DNA of 64,000 nucleotides from NCBI RefSeq assembly GCF_016026235.1, contig NZ_CP065613.1; one strand, given 5' to 3'. Position 1 is the stretch's first letter; every line of letters starts with the position of its first letter. The notes beneath the pieces were generated by a model. It searched no databases, was not told the DNA's origin, and was given only the letters and a program-made list of their open reading frames with translations. This document shows positions 39,874 to 52,559 of this stretch, one piece after another. Position numbers and translations under genes: made by a program. The DNA is from Escherichia coli. Its GTDB lineage: Bacteria > Pseudomonadota > Gammaproteobacteria > Enterobacterales > Enterobacteriaceae.

Positions 39874-40689
39874 GTGGCGCGGATAAACCGTATTTCGATC
39901 ACACTCTGTGCTTTACTTTTTACCACCCTGCCTTTAACGCCTATGGCCCATGCTTCAAAGCAAGCCAGGGAGAGTTCTGCTACCACTCATATCACCAAAA
40001 AAGCAGATAAAAAGAAAAGCACGGCAACCACCAAAAAGACCCAGAAAACAGCGAAAAAAGCCGCCAGTAAAAGTACGACCAAAAGCAAAACCGCTTCTTC
40101 CGTTAAAAAATCTTCCATTACCGCTTCTAAAAACGCCAAAACTCGCAGCAAACACGCCGTCAATAAAACGGCCTCAGCCAGCTTTACCGAAAAGTGTACC
40201 AAACGTAAGGGCTATAAATCGCATTGTGTGAAAGTCAAAAATGCCGCGTCAGGAACTCTTGCCGACGCGCACAAAGCGAAGGTGCAAAAAGCTACGAAAG
40301 TGGCAATGAATAAACTGATGCAGCAAATTGGTAAGCCATATCGTTGGGGTGGCAGCTCACCGCGTACCGGTTTTGATTGCAGCGGCCTGGTTTATTACGC
40401 TTATAAAGATTTGGTGAAAATTCGTATTCCGCGTACGGCGAATGAAATGTATCACCTGCGTGATGCAGCGCCAATCGAACGTAGTGAACTGAAAAACGGC
40501 GACCTGGTCTTTTTCCGTACTCAGGGACGCGGCACAGCCGATCATGTCGGCGTGTATGTCGGCAACGGCAAATTTATTCAGTCACCGCGCACAGGTCAGG
40601 AAATTCAAATCACTTCTCTCAGTGAAGACTACTGGCAGCGCCACTATGTTGGCGCTCGTCGGGTAATGACCCCAAAAACACTTCGCTAA
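39874..40689 (+). CDS. mepH: NlpC/P60-family peptidoglycan DD-endopeptidase
   Basis: 271 aa; signal peptide, Lys/Ser/Thr-rich low-complexity linker, C-terminal NlpC/P60 domain with catalytic Cys (GFDCSG) and His. Confidence 0.9.
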   Translation: MARINRISITLCALLFTTLPLTPMAHASKQARESSATTHITKKADKKKSTATTKKTQKTAKKAASKSTTKSKTASSVKKSSITASKNAKTRSKHAVNKTASASFTEKCTKRKGYKSHCVKVKNAASGTLADAHKAKVQKATKVAMNKLMQQIGKPYRWGGSSPRTGFDCSGLVYYAYKDLVKIRIPRTANEMYHLRDAAPIERSELKNGDLVFFRTQGRGTADHVGVYVGNGKFIQSPRTGQEIQITSLSEDYWQRHYVGARRVMTPKTLR

Positions 40690-40816
40690 AACTTTACCCT
40701 GTTGTTACGGCAACAGGGTAAGTTCATCTTTTGTCTCACCTTTTAATTTGCTACCCTATCCATACGCACAATAAGGCTATTGTACGTATGCAAATTAATA
40801 ATAAAGGAGAGTAGCA

Positions 40817-41398
40817 ATGTCATTCGAATTACCTGCACTACCATATGCTAAAGATGCTCTGGCACCGCACATTTCTGCGGAAACTATCGAGTATCACTAC
40901 GGCAAGCATCATCAGACTTATGTCACTAACCTGAACAACCTGATTAAAGGTACCGCGTTTGAAGGTAAATCACTGGAAGAGATTATTCGCAGCTCTGAAG
41001 GTGGCGTATTCAACAACGCAGCTCAGGTCTGGAACCATACTTTCTACTGGAACTGCCTGGCACCGAACGCCGGTGGCGAACCGACTGGAAAAGTCGCTGA
41101 AGCTATCGCCGCATCTTTTGGCAGCTTTGCCGATTTCAAAGCGCAGTTTACTGATGCAGCGATCAAAAACTTTGGTTCTGGCTGGACCTGGCTGGTGAAA
41201 AACAGCGATGGCAAACTGGCTATCGTTTCAACCTCTAACGCGGGTACTCCGCTGACCACCGATGCGACTCCGCTGCTGACCGTTGATGTCTGGGAACACG
41301 CTTATTACATCGACTATCGCAATGCACGTCCTGGCTATCTGGAGCACTTCTGGGCGCTGGTGAACTGGGAATTCGTAGCGAAAAATCTCGCTGCATAA
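40817..41398 (+). CDS. sodB: Fe superoxide dismutase
   Basis: 193 aa; Fe/Mn-SOD metal ligands (His, DVWEHAYY). Confidence 0.95.
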   Translation: MSFELPALPYAKDALAPHISAETIEYHYGKHHQTYVTNLNNLIKGTAFEGKSLEEIIRSSEGGVFNNAAQVWNHTFYWNCLAPNAGGEPTGKVAEAIAASFGSFADFKAQFTDAAIKNFGSGWTWLVKNSDGKLAIVSTSNAGTPLTTDATPLLTVDVWEHAYYIDYRNARPGYLEHFWALVNWEFVAKNLAA

Positions 41399-41509
41399 TA
41401 ACTGATGGCAAATGCAGCATTGCCTGATGCGCTTCGCTTACCATGCCAACGCGGATGAGGCGTTAACAGCGCATTCGGCAAGATAAATCGCACGTTGTCA
41501 GCAACTGTA

Positions 41510-41540
41510 ACGCAGAAGGTTATACTTCTGCGTTTTTGTT
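41510..41540. terminator. Terminator between convergent sodB and ydhP
   Basis: Hairpin ACGCAGAAG-N7-CTTCTGCGT followed by TTTTTG. Confidence 0.7.
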
Positions 41541-41543
41541 TAA

Positions 41544-42719
41544 TTAGCTGTTAGCAACGCAAACTGTTTCAGGTTGTTTTCTGGCTGACATAAACACCAG
41601 CAATAATGCCAGTCCCGCGACAATCGCTCCCATCACCGGCACAAAGCTGTATCCCAGCCCAGCGGAAATTACCGCACCACCAGCAGCTGCTCCCAGCGCA
41701 TTTCCAAGATTAAAGGCACCAATATTGACTGATGAAGACAGACCCGGCGCTTCACTGGCGACACGCATCACGCGCATCTGTAACGGCGGTACGACCGCAA
41801 AGGTTGCTGCGCCCCACACCACCATGCTAATAGCTGCGCCGAACTCATTGCGGGCCAGGAACGGGATTGCCAGCATAATCACCATCAGCAGCAACAAAAA
41901 GCCTTTCAACGTGCCGTTAACTGAACGATCTGCCAGTTTGCCGCCGAGATAGTTCCCAATAGAGAACCCGACACCAATCAGCACCAGCATTGCCGTGACG
42001 AACACCGGTGTTGCGTGGGTAATACTTTGCAGTACCGGAGAGATATAGGTGTAGAGGGTAAACATTGCACCAGCTCCCAGTACCGTCGTCAGCAATGCAG
42101 ACAGCACCTGCGGACGCATTAATACCGCCAGCTCTTTTTTCACTTCAGGTCGCGCCCCTGCGCCACCTTTAGGTAATGAGAAGAACAGACTTACCATTGA
42201 AATCACGCCCAGCCCCGCCGTTGCCAGAAATGACATCCGCCAGCCGATGGTTTCACCCAACCAGGTCGCCGCCGGCACGCCACCGATATTTGCCAGGGTT
42301 AACCCCATAAACATAGTGGCAACTGCGCTGGCCTGTTTATGTTTTGGCACCACGCTTGCGGCCACGACTGAACCCAAACCAAAAAATGCTCCGTGATTCA
42401 GGCTGGTCAAAATGCGTGAAAGCATCAGGGTCATATAATCCGGCGCGATGGCGGAAAGTACGTTGCCTAGCGTGAAAATTGCCATCAGGAAAATCAACGC
42501 ACTGCGGCGGGCACGATGAGAAAGTAGAAGCGTCATCAGCGGCGCGCCAACCATTACGCCAACTGCATAGGCACTGATTAACATTCCGGCAGCGGGAATC
42601 GAGACATCCACACCGCGCGCAATGACGGGCAACAAACCCATTGGCGAGAACTCCGTTGTCCCGATACCAAATGCGCCAATCGCCAGCGCCAGCGCCAGCA
42701 ACGGATAGTTAATTTTCAT
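41544..42719 (-). CDS. ydhP: MFS transporter (12 TMS)
   Basis: 391-codon ORF; major facilitator topology. Confidence 0.9.
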   Translation of the reverse strand: MKINYPLLALALAIGAFGIGTTEFSPMGLLPVIARGVDVSIPAAGMLISAYAVGVMVGAPLMTLLLSHRARRSALIFLMAIFTLGNVLSAIAPDYMTLMLSRILTSLNHGAFFGLGSVVAASVVPKHKQASAVATMFMGLTLANIGGVPAATWLGETIGWRMSFLATAGLGVISMVSLFFSLPKGGAGARPEVKKELAVLMRPQVLSALLTTVLGAGAMFTLYTYISPVLQSITHATPVFVTAMLVLIGVGFSIGNYLGGKLADRSVNGTLKGFLLLLMVIMLAIPFLARNEFGAAISMVVWGAATFAVVPPLQMRVMRVASEAPGLSSSVNIGAFNLGNALGAAAGGAVISAGLGYSFVPVMGAIVAGLALLLVFMSARKQPETVCVANS

Positions 42720-42884
42720 GCCTTATCTCCACCTCTTCGCGTCATTACGCGATATTCATTAAAGTGGCGAAAGCATGACAGCAATCACAAAAAAATGAAA
42801 ATAACAAAAAGAGAAAACACTTTTGCCATTTTGCTAACAAACAGGAAGGAGATGCGAGGGAGAACGCGCTCCCTCGAGAGGAAA

Positions 42885-42974
42885 TCAGTGCAGCGCGGCA
42901 GTCAAACCCACGGCTACGATCAAACCGAGGACGATAATCGTTGTTACCAGTGAAAATTTAAGGTCGGTGCTCAT
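42885..42974 (-). CDS. ynhF: Small membrane protein YnhF (29 aa)
   Basis: 30-codon ORF MSTDLKFSLVTTIIVLGLIVAVGLTAALH with an upstream GGAG RBS; single transmembrane helix; below ORF-track cutoff. Confidence 0.65.
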   Translation of the reverse strand: MSTDLKFSLVTTIIVLGLIVAVGLTAALH

Positions 42975-43212
42975 CAAGTTTTCTCCTTTTTTATTACCAC
43001 ACAAAAAGTGATATTACGCATTTTTACACACAGTGATGAAAAAATCTCCCGTCATTTATAATGATAAGTGTTTTTACCACTTCCCCTTTTCGTCAAGATC
43101 GGCCAAAATTCCACGCTTACACTATTTGCGTACTGGCCATTGACCCCTTCCTGACGCTCCGTGTCGTTTTTCCGGCGTACCGCAACACTTTTGTTGTGCG
43201 TAAGGTGTGTAA

Positions 43213-43228
43213 AGGCAAACGTTTACCT
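43213..43228. promoter_or_regulatory. PurR box (AGGCAAACGTTTACCT) upstream of purR
   Basis: 16-bp match to the PurR operator consensus (ACGCAAACGTTTTCNT class), centred about 53 bp upstream of the purR ATG. Confidence 0.7.
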
Positions 43229-43272
43229 TGCGATTTTGCAGGAGCTGAAGTTAGGGTCTGGAGTGAAATGGA

Positions 43273-44298
43273 ATGGCAACAATAAAAGATGTAGCGAAAC
43301 GAGCAAACGTTTCCACTACAACTGTGTCACACGTAATCAACAAAACACGTTTCGTCGCTGAAGAAACGCGCAACGCCGTGTGGGCAGCGATTAAAGAATT
43401 ACACTACTCCCCTAGCGCGGTGGCGCGTAGCCTGAAGGTTAACCACACCAAGTCTATCGGTTTGCTGGCGACCAGCAGCGAAGCGGCCTATTTTGCCGAG
43501 ATCATTGAAGCGGTTGAAAAAAATTGCTTCCAGAAAGGTTACACCCTGATTCTGGGTAATGCGTGGAACAATCTTGAGAAACAGCGGGCTTATCTGTCGA
43601 TGATGGCGCAAAAACGCGTCGATGGTCTGCTGGTGATGTGTTCTGAGTACCCAGAGCCGTTGCTGGCGATGCTGGAAGAGTATCGCCATATCCCAATGGT
43701 GGTGATGGACTGGGGTGAAGCAAAAGCTGACTTCACCGATGCGGTCATTGATAACGCGTTCGAAGGCGGCTACATGGCCGGGCGTTATCTGATTGAACGC
43801 GGTCACCGCGAAATCGGCGTCATCCCCGGCCCGCTGGAACGTAACACCGGCGCAGGCCGCCTTGCCGGTTTTATGAAGGCGATGGAAGAAGCGATGATCA
43901 AGGTGCCGGAAAGCTGGATTGTTCAGGGTGACTTTGAACCCGAATCTGGTTATCGCGCCATGCAGCAAATACTGTCGCAGCCGCATCGCCCTACTGCCGT
44001 CTTCTGTGGTGGCGATATCATGGCAATGGGCGCACTTTGTGCTGCTGATGAAATGGGTCTGCGCGTCCCGCAGGATGTTTCGCTGATCGGTTATGATAAC
44101 GTGCGCAACGCCCGCTATTTTACGCCGGCGCTAACCACGATCCACCAGCCAAAAGATTCGCTGGGTGAAACAGCGTTCAACATGCTGTTGGATCGTATCG
44201 TCAACAAACGTGAAGAACCGCAGTCCATTGAAGTGCATCCGCGCTTGATTGAACGCCGCTCCGTGGCTGACGGCCCGTTCCGCGACTATCGTCGTTAA
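43273..44298 (+). CDS. purR: Purine nucleotide synthesis repressor PurR (LacI family)
   Basis: 341 aa; N-terminal [26 protein letters not shown]. Confidence 0.95.
43300..43315. promoter_or_regulatory. Second PurR box (CGAGCAAACGTTTCCA) inside the first codons of purR
   Basis: Operator-like GCAAACGTTT core within the purR coding start, consistent with known purR autoregulation via two operators. Confidence 0.6.
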
Positions 44299-45227
44299 TC
44301 ACCCGTTGCGGGAGTCTCTTCCGGCTCCCGCAGCCACTCCTTATTCAGCGTCTCACTATCGCCGAGATACTCAAGCAGCCAGGTTAACGCAGGCGACATA
44401 TCATTTTGCTGCCATGTCAGACAACATGCCGAATCCGGAAAGGGGTTTTCCAGTTCTAATGCCACCCACTTCCCCTCATTAAGCCACGGTTTGGCGAAAT
44501 GTGTTGGCACCATCCCTATGCATAATCCTGCCGAGATACAGGTTGCCGATGATTCCCAGTCAGGCACGACAACTCTTTTTTGGTTATCCAGCAACCAGGT
44601 AATACGTTTAGGTAGCGTTCGCGAGGTGTCTTCGCGCACCAACGACGGCCAGTTGCGCAACGTATCATCGCTGAACGGGCCATCCATCAACGCCAGCGGG
44701 TGGTGGCTGGCAACAACGCAACTCCAGCTTAGCATCCCCATATCCCGGAAGGCATAACGACCGCCTACCGGAATCGCGCGTGTTGCGCCAATCGCCAGTT
44801 CCACGCGCCCATCGGAAAGCGCATCCCAGACACCGTTAAACACTTCCTGAAAGACCAGAAGTTCGACGTCGTCAAAATGGCGATAAAAATCAACGATCAT
44901 CTGCCGTGTACGTTCTGGCCTGACAATATTATCCACTGCGATAGCTAACTGACCGCGCCAGCCGTTCGCTATCTGCTGACATTGCTGGCGGGTGATCTGC
45001 ATTTTTTTGACAACAGAGCGCCCTTCTTTGAGAAACCACGCTCCGGCAGCGGTCAGTTCCACATCACGGTGCCGTCTTTCAAAGAGCGGCACCGCCAGCC
45101 ACTCTTCCAGCTGACGCACGGTATAGCTGACCGCAGAAGGAACGCGATGCAACTCCTGTGCCGCAGCGCTAAAACTACCATTACGCGCTACCGCATCAAC
45201 AACTTCGAGAGAATATTCTGACCACAT
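44295..45227 (-). CDS. ydhB: LysR-family transcriptional regulator (PunR)
   Basis: 310 aa; N-terminal LysR HTH; divergent from ydhC. Confidence 0.9.
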
Positions 45228-45339
45228 AGTCTGCCTGCAAAATTTTTGAAACCAGTCATCAAATATTACCGTTTCACAACACTAATTTCACTCCCTACAC
45301 TTTGCGGCAGTGTTTAATTGAGAGATTTAGAGAATATAC

Positions 45340-46551
45340 ATGCAACCTGGGAAAAGATTTTTAGTCTGGCTGGCGGGTTTGAGCGTACTCGGTTTTCTGG
45401 CAACCGATATGTATCTGCCTGCTTTCGCCGCCATACAGGCCGACCTGCAAACGCCTGCGTCTGCTGTCAGTGCCAGCCTTAGTCTGTTCCTTGCCGGTTT
45501 TGCCGCAGCCCAGCTTCTGTGGGGGCCGCTCTCCGACCGTTATGGTCGTAAACCGGTGTTATTAATCGGCCTGACAATTTTTGCGTTAGGTAGTCTGGGG
45601 ATGCTGTGGGTAGAAAACGCCGCTACGCTGCTGGTATTGCGTTTTGTACAGGCTGTGGGTGTCTGCGCCGCGGCGGTTATCTGGCAAGCGTTAGTGACGG
45701 ATTATTATCCTTCACAGAAAGTTAACCGAATTTTTGCGACCATCATGCCGCTGGTGGGTCTATCTCCGGCCCTGGCTCCTCTGTTAGGAAGCTGGCTGCT
45801 GGTCCATTTTTCCTGGCAGGCGATTTTCGCCACCCTGTTTGCCATTACCGTGGTGCTGATTCTGCCTATTTTCTGGCTCAAACCCACGACGAAGGCCCGT
45901 AACAATAGTCAGGATGGTCTGACCTTTACCGACCTGCTACGTTCTAAAACCTATCGCGGCAACGTGCTGATATACGCGGCCTGTTCAGCCAGTTTTTTTG
46001 CATGGCTGACCGGTTCACCGTTCATCCTTAGTGAAATGGGCTACAGCCCGGCAGTTATTGGTTTAAGTTATGTCCCGCAAACTATCGCGTTTCTGATTGG
46101 TGGTTATGGCTGTCGCGCCGCGCTGCAGAAATGGCAAGGCAAGCAGTTATTACCGTGGTTGCTGGTGCTGTTTGCTGTCAGCGTCATTGCGACCTGGGCT
46201 GCGGGCTTCATTAGCCATGTGTCGCTGGTCGAAATCCTGATCCCATTCTGTGTGATGGCGATTGCCAATGGCGCGATCTACCCTATTGTTGTCGCCCAGG
46301 CGCTGCGTCCCTTCCCACACGCAACTGGTCGCGCCGCAGCGTTGCAGAACACTCTACAACTGGGTCTGTGCTTCCTCGCAAGTCTGGTAGTTTCCTGGCT
46401 TATTAGTATCAGCACGCCATTGCTCACCACCACCAGCGTGATGTTATCAACAGTAGTGCTGGTCGCGCTGGGTTACATGATGCAACGTTGTGAAGAAGCT
46501 GGCTGCCAGAATCATGGCAATGCCGAAGTCGCTCATAGCGAATCACACTGA
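45340..46551 (+). CDS. ydhC: MFS drug/purine-nucleoside exporter (PunC)
   Basis: 403 aa; Bcr/CflA-type MFS. Confidence 0.9.
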   Translation: MQPGKRFLVWLAGLSVLGFLATDMYLPAFAAIQADLQTPASAVSASLSLFLAGFAAAQLLWGPLSDRYGRKPVLLIGLTIFALGSLGMLWVENAATLLVLRFVQAVGVCAAAVIWQALVTDYYPSQKVNRIFATIMPLVGLSPALAPLLGSWLLVHFSWQAIFATLFAITVVLILPIFWLKPTTKARNNSQDGLTFTDLLRSKTYRGNVLIYAACSASFFAWLTGSPFILSEMGYSPAVIGLSYVPQTIAFLIGGYGCRAALQKWQGKQLLPWLLVLFAVSVIATWAAGFISHVSLVEILIPFCVMAIANGAIYPIVVAQALRPFPHATGRAAALQNTLQLGLCFLASLVVSWLISISTPLLTTTSVMLSTVVLVALGYMMQRCEEAGCQNHGNAEVAHSESH

Positions 46552-46841
46552 TCTATATCGATATACTTATACTTAGGCTGCTAACAAAATTTTGTTGTAT
46601 GATTGAAATTAGCGGCCTATACTAATTTCGAGTTGTTAAAGCTACGATAAATATTATGTTTTTACGGGGACAGGATCGTTCCCGACTCACTATGGATGGT
46701 CATTTCGGCAAGGGTTCCTCCTTTCCCTCTGTTCTACGTCGGATTATAGACTCGCGGTTTTTTCTGCGAGATTTCTCACAAAGCCCAAAAAGCGTCTACG
46801 CTGTTTTAAGGTTCTGATCACCGACCAGTGATGGAGAAACT

Positions 46842-47990
46842 ATGAGTTCATCGTGTATAGAAGAAGTCAGTGTACCGGATGACAACTGGTACCGTATCGC
46901 CAACGAATTACTTAGCCGTGCCGGTATAGCCATTAACGGTTCTGCCCCGGCGGATATTCGTGTGAAAAACCCCGATTTTTTTAAACGCGTTCTGCAAGAA
47001 GGCTCTTTGGGGTTAGGCGAAAGTTATATGGATGGCTGGTGGGAATGTGACCGACTGGATATGTTTTTTAGCAAAGTCTTACGCGCAGGTCTCGAGAACC
47101 AACTCCCCCATCATTTCAAAGACACGCTGCGTATTGCCGGCGCCCGTCTCTTCAATCTGCAGAGTAAAAAACGTGCCTGGATAGTCGGCAAAGAGCATTA
47201 CGATTTGGGTAATGACTTGTTCAGTCGCATGCTTGATCCCTTCATGCAATATTCCTGCGCTTACTGGAAAGATGCCGATAATCTGGAATCTGCCCAGCAG
47301 GCGAAGCTCAAAATGATTTGTGAAAAATTGCAGTTAAAACCAGGGATGCGCGTACTGGATATTGGCTGCGGCTGGGGCGGACTGGCGCACTACATGGCAT
47401 CTAACTATGACGTAAGCGTGGTCGGCGTCACCATTTCTGCCGAACAGCAAAAAATGGCTCAGGAACGCTGTGAAGGCCTGGATGTCACCATTTTGCTGCA
47501 AGATTATCGTGACCTGAACGACCAGTTTGATCGTATTGTTTCTGTGGGGATGTTCGAGCACGTCGGACCGAAAAATTACGATACCTATTTTGCGGTGGTG
47601 GATCGTAATTTGAAACCGGAAGGTATATTCCTGCTCCATACTATCGGTTCGAAAAAAACCGATCTGAATGTTGATCCCTGGATTAATAAATATATTTTTC
47701 CGAACGGTTGCCTGCCCTCTGTACGCCAGATTGCTCAGTCCAGCGAACCCCACTTTGTGATGGAAGACTGGCATAACTTCGGTGCTGATTACGATACTAC
47801 GTTGATGGCGTGGTATGAACGATTCCTCGCCGCATGGCCAGAAATTGCGGATAACTACAGTGAACGCTTTAAACGAATGTTTACCTATTATCTGAATGCT
47901 TGTGCAGGTGCTTTCCGCGCCCGTGATATTCAGCTCTGGCAGGTGGTGTTCTCACGCGGTGTTGAAAACGGCCTTCGAGTCGCTCGCTAA
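46842..47990 (+). CDS. cfa: Cyclopropane-fatty-acyl-phospholipid synthase
   Basis: 382 aa; SAM-binding motif VLDIGCGWG. Confidence 0.95.
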   Translation: MSSSCIEEVSVPDDNWYRIANELLSRAGIAINGSAPADIRVKNPDFFKRVLQEGSLGLGESYMDGWWECDRLDMFFSKVLRAGLENQLPHHFKDTLRIAGARLFNLQSKKRAWIVGKEHYDLGNDLFSRMLDPFMQYSCAYWKDADNLESAQQAKLKMICEKLQLKPGMRVLDIGCGWGGLAHYMASNYDVSVVGVTISAEQQKMAQERCEGLDVTILLQDYRDLNDQFDRIVSVGMFEHVGPKNYDTYFAVVDRNLKPEGIFLLHTIGSKKTDLNVDPWINKYIFPNGCLPSVRQIAQSSEPHFVMEDWHNFGADYDTTLMAWYERFLAAWPEIADNYSERFKRMFTYYLNACAGAFRARDIQLWQVVFSRGVENGLRVAR

Positions 47991-48002
47991 AGGCTATTCT
48001 AT

Positions 48003-48021
48003 CGCCCCCTCTTCGGGGGCG
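48003..48021. terminator. Bidirectional terminator between convergent cfa and ribC
   Basis: Hairpin CGCCCCC-TCTTC-GGGGGCG. Confidence 0.7.
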
Positions 48022-48029
48022 AGTTCAGA

Positions 48030-48671
48030 TCAGGCTTCTGTACCTGGTTGATTCATGGCATTTTCTCGTGCCGCCAGCACACGTTCTACCGTATCTACCA
48101 CTGCCTGAGTTTGTGGATCAATTTCAATGTTGACGCGTGCGCCGAGTTTTTTCTTCCCAAGAGTCGTGCGTTCCAGTGTTTCCGGAATTAAATGGACGCA
48201 AAAACGCGTTGGCGTGACTTCGCCGACGGTCAGGCTAATACCGTCGATGCCAATAAATCCTTTGTACAGAATATATTTCATCAACTGACTATCCTGGACT
48301 TTAAACCAGATCTGGCGATTATTTTCTGAGGTTAATATTTTCGCCACTTCAGCAGTGGTCATAATATGACCTGACATTAAGTGTCCGCCAATTTCATCAC
48401 TGAATTTCGCCGCACGCTCAACGTTTACCCAATCCCCCACTTTTAAATCGCCAAGATTGGTAATGCGTAACGTTTCTTTCATCAGGTCAAAACTGACATG
48501 GTTGCCGTTAATTTCCGTCACGGTCAGGCAGCAACCGTTATGCGCCACGGACGCACCGGTTTCCAGGCCGTCCAGCATGTGGTCGGGTAACTCCACCACA
48601 TGCGTACGAAAATTTGGTTTCTCGTCAATCGACACCAGTTTTGCGGTGCCCTGTACAATCCCCGTAAACAT
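48030..48671 (-). CDS. ribC: Riboflavin synthase (alpha subunit)
   Basis: 213 aa; internally duplicated lumazine-binding halves (MFTGIV ... [14 protein letters not shown]). Confidence 0.95.
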   Translation of the reverse strand: MFTGIVQGTAKLVSIDEKPNFRTHVVELPDHMLDGLETGASVAHNGCCLTVTEINGNHVSFDLMKETLRITNLGDLKVGDWVNVERAAKFSDEIGGHLMSGHIMTTAEVAKILTSENNRQIWFKVQDSQLMKYILYKGFIGIDGISLTVGEVTPTRFCVHLIPETLERTTLGKKKLGARVNIEIDPQTQAVVDTVERVLAARENAMNQPGTEA

Positions 48672-48864
48672 ACTTACAACTCCTGAAATCAGTTAAGACA
48701 TTCTGTTCAGCACAATAGCAGGTGGCAAACGCCCTTACCAGTGAAGGGGTAAGAATGACTATTTTTTCACTGGAGAATTAATAAATCCTCGCTACAATAG
48801 ACTGAATTTCCCCTGCTTCTTCTTTTTGCTGCCCATTCAGGCGGCTTTTTAGTCTCTCATATAA

Positions 48865-50259
<1,395 letters not shown>

Positions 50260-50268
50260 TAAAGACAA

Positions 50269-50300
50269 GGCGCAACCTTCACGGGTTGCGCCTGTGTTTT
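50269..50300 (+). terminator. Rho-independent terminator after mdtK
   Basis: Hairpin GGCGCAACC-N6-GGTTGCGCC followed by a T-rich tract. Confidence 0.75.
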
Positions 50301-51556
50301 TACGCAGGCTGGAGCGTTGCGCCAATCCCGTCTTCGTCTGGCTGTAGTTTCAGTGCGTTACACAGAGTTTGCCGACTGGCATCTGTTATCTCAACGTGTA
50401 TATCACCGGTAACTTCCCCTTTCACATTGATGAAGTCAGGTGAGATTTCTTTCGCACTGGTTTGCAGGCAAATCGCTCCCTCTCCGCGCAGGCGTTTCAC
50501 TTTCAGTTGCACATACGTTGCCGCACCAGTGATCAGCCACAGTTTTCCGCCATTCAGATTGATGTTACCAACAACAAAAGTGACACCGTCACCTTTTACC
50601 GTACTGCCGTCGAGAATCAACACACCGCCCTGCTGTACAGTAATCGTTGATTGTTGCAGATCTGCGCCATAGCCAATAATCATTGAAGCGCCGTCCAGTA
50701 ATGCAACACTCCCGGTCAGTTCAACCGGTGCGCGATCTTCCTCTACGACAAAATTTTCGTCCGCGCTGGTGGGTGACAACAGGATCACTGTTCCACCTTG
50801 TATTACCGCATTTTCCAGCGTACCGGCATGCACTTCAGCCCGACCACCCACATTCACGGACAGGTTTTGCGTCTTACCGGAACTGTAGAGCTGAAGGCCA
50901 TCCGTCCCCAGACGATAAATGGATCCATTCTCAACAATAGTGTCAGAGTCTTCACCACCGAGATTATTCATGGTGCCACCAGCAAGCAACGTATCACTGG
51001 CTTTCCCGGCCAGCATAAAAACGCCGCCCTGATTAATCTCACAATTGCTGGCTTCCCCACCTGGATACACCAACAATTCACCACCTTCATCTACCACGAC
51101 CGCTGAGGTTGTCCCATTAACCAACAGGCCGCCCTCTTGATCGAGAATGATTTTTCCCGCGCGATGTCCTTCCAGTACACGCAGGTTACCGCCATTTTCC
51201 AGCAACAAACCGCAGGCATAACCCTGATCAACGCTGAATTCACCTTCGGGATGGCGGCCATTAACCGTAGCGAGCGTAGAGAGACTAATTGCGCCTCCCT
51301 CGGACTGAACAATATCTGTGGCAATGGCACCGTCGCTGACCGATAGCGTGCCATTGTTACCGTACTGTGTGCATTTGGCGATCCCACCGGTTGCCACTTT
51401 CAACCAGCCAGCCCCCGTGACCACGGTATTTTCGGCTCTTCCGCCAGCTTCAACAATCAACTCGCCTTCAGTAAGTTGCGTCGCGCCAATGACCTCGCCG
51501 GTCTTAACAATTTGCACATTCCCGTCGTTCATCAAGTTTTTCGCATCAGATCCCAT
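50300..51556 (-). CDS. ydhQ: Autotransporter-passenger-like (pertactin/AIDA-type beta-helix repeat) protein
   Basis: 418 aa; Gly/Asn-rich beta-helical repeats; no obvious C-terminal beta-barrel translocator. Confidence 0.85.
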   Translation of the reverse strand: MGSDAKNLMNDGNVQIVKTGEVIGATQLTEGELIVEAGGRAENTVVTGAGWLKVATGGIAKCTQYGNNGTLSVSDGAIATDIVQSEGGAISLSTLATVNGRHPEGEFSVDQGYACGLLLENGGNLRVLEGHRAGKIILDQEGGLLVNGTTSAVVVDEGGELLVYPGGEASNCEINQGGVFMLAGKASDTLLAGGTMNNLGGEDSDTIVENGSIYRLGTDGLQLYSSGKTQNLSVNVGGRAEVHAGTLENAVIQGGTVILLSPTSADENFVVEEDRAPVELTGSVALLDGASMIIGYGADLQQSTITVQQGGVLILDGSTVKGDGVTFVVGNINLNGGKLWLITGAATYVQLKVKRLRGEGAICLQTSAKEISPDFINVKGEVTGDIHVEITDASRQTLCNALKLQPDEDGIGATLQPA

Positions 51557-51863
51557 GATTTATTCCTTTGCTGCATCTGTGTGCCTTTATTGCTACCTAA
51601 GTGTAAAGGCTACGGAGGATTTATCCACGACAGATTTGAGATGGTGGCAAACAACTCTGTTTAAACTCTGATACACGAATTATTGGGTTGTATCAGATGT
51701 AAATGCGATCCTGAATAAAAATCGCCCTTGCAAATCAACAAAATATAGCCAATTTGCTTAAAAGCTCTGCAAACGGTCGAAATAGCGCAGAAAATTACGT
51801 TTTGCCTCTTGCCACCTTCCCACTCTGCCGCTAATATTCGTCCCCGTTGTCACCTACAACGTT

Positions 51864-51940
51864 GCGTTCATAGCTCAGTTGGTTAGAGCACCACCTTGAC
51901 ATGGTGGGGGTCGTTGGTTCGAGTCCAATTGAACGCACCA
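51864..51940 (+). tRNA. valV: tRNA-Val (anticodon GAC)
   Basis: 77 nt; acceptor stem GCGTTCA/TGAACGC, anticodon loop TTGACAT, T-loop GGTTCGAGTCC, encoded CCA. Confidence 0.95.
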
Positions 51941-51944
51941 TCCT

Positions 51945-52021
51945 GCGTCCGTAGCTCAGTTGGTTAGAGCACCACCTTGACATGGTGGGGGTCGGTGGTT
52001 CGAGTCCACTCGGACGCACCA
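51945..52021 (+). tRNA. valW: tRNA-Val (anticodon GAC)
   Basis: 77 nt; near-identical to valV with compensatory changes in the acceptor and T stems; 4 bp after valV; encoded CCA. Confidence 0.95.
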
Positions 52022-52128
52022 GATTTTCTTAATCTGGTCTTCTCCTTTTTCCCTCTGTTTCTTCTCTGTATCCAATACGTTAAAAGATTTACACTGTCTT
52101 CGTATGCGTTATCAGAAGGAGAATCGCT

Positions 52129-52434
52129 ATGGCAACTTTGTTACAACTTCATTTTGCTTTTAATGGCCCATTTGGCGACGCAATGGCTGAGCAGCTTAAA
52201 CCGCTTGCTGAGTCGATTAATCAGGAACCTGGTTTTCTGTGGAAGGTATGGACAGAAAGTGAAAAGAACCACGAAGCCGGTGGGATCTATCTTTTTACTG
52301 ATGAAAAAAGCGCCCTTGCCTATCTGGAAAAACATACTGCCCGACTTAAAAATCTCGGCGTTGAGGAAGTTGTCGCCAAAGTTTTCGATGTCAATGAGCC
52401 ACTGAGTCAAATCAATCAGGCAAAACTCGCCTGA
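52129..52434 (+). CDS. ydhR: Putative monooxygenase-like small protein (YdhR family)
   Basis: 101 aa. Confidence 0.85.
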
Positions 52435-52559
52435 CAGAATTTAATCAAGGGCGGTTAGCGCCCTTTTCATCCCTGTCTGAAATTTCTCAAATTCTAAAAA
52501 TCTCAACCAAACTTATCTGATAACACTAAATTCGAAAGAATGCGTACAGGTAAGTAACA

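Noticed and set aside
39950-40231. Lys/Pro-rich 93-aa ORF and minus-strand ORFs inside the 5' part of mepH
   Set aside because: They arise from the low-complexity Lys/Ser/Thr-rich linker region of the NlpC/P60 protein; alternative-frame artefacts.
41400-41470. Possible REP-like palindromic element downstream of sodB
   Set aside because: Only loose resemblance to the REP consensus; could not be supported by eye.
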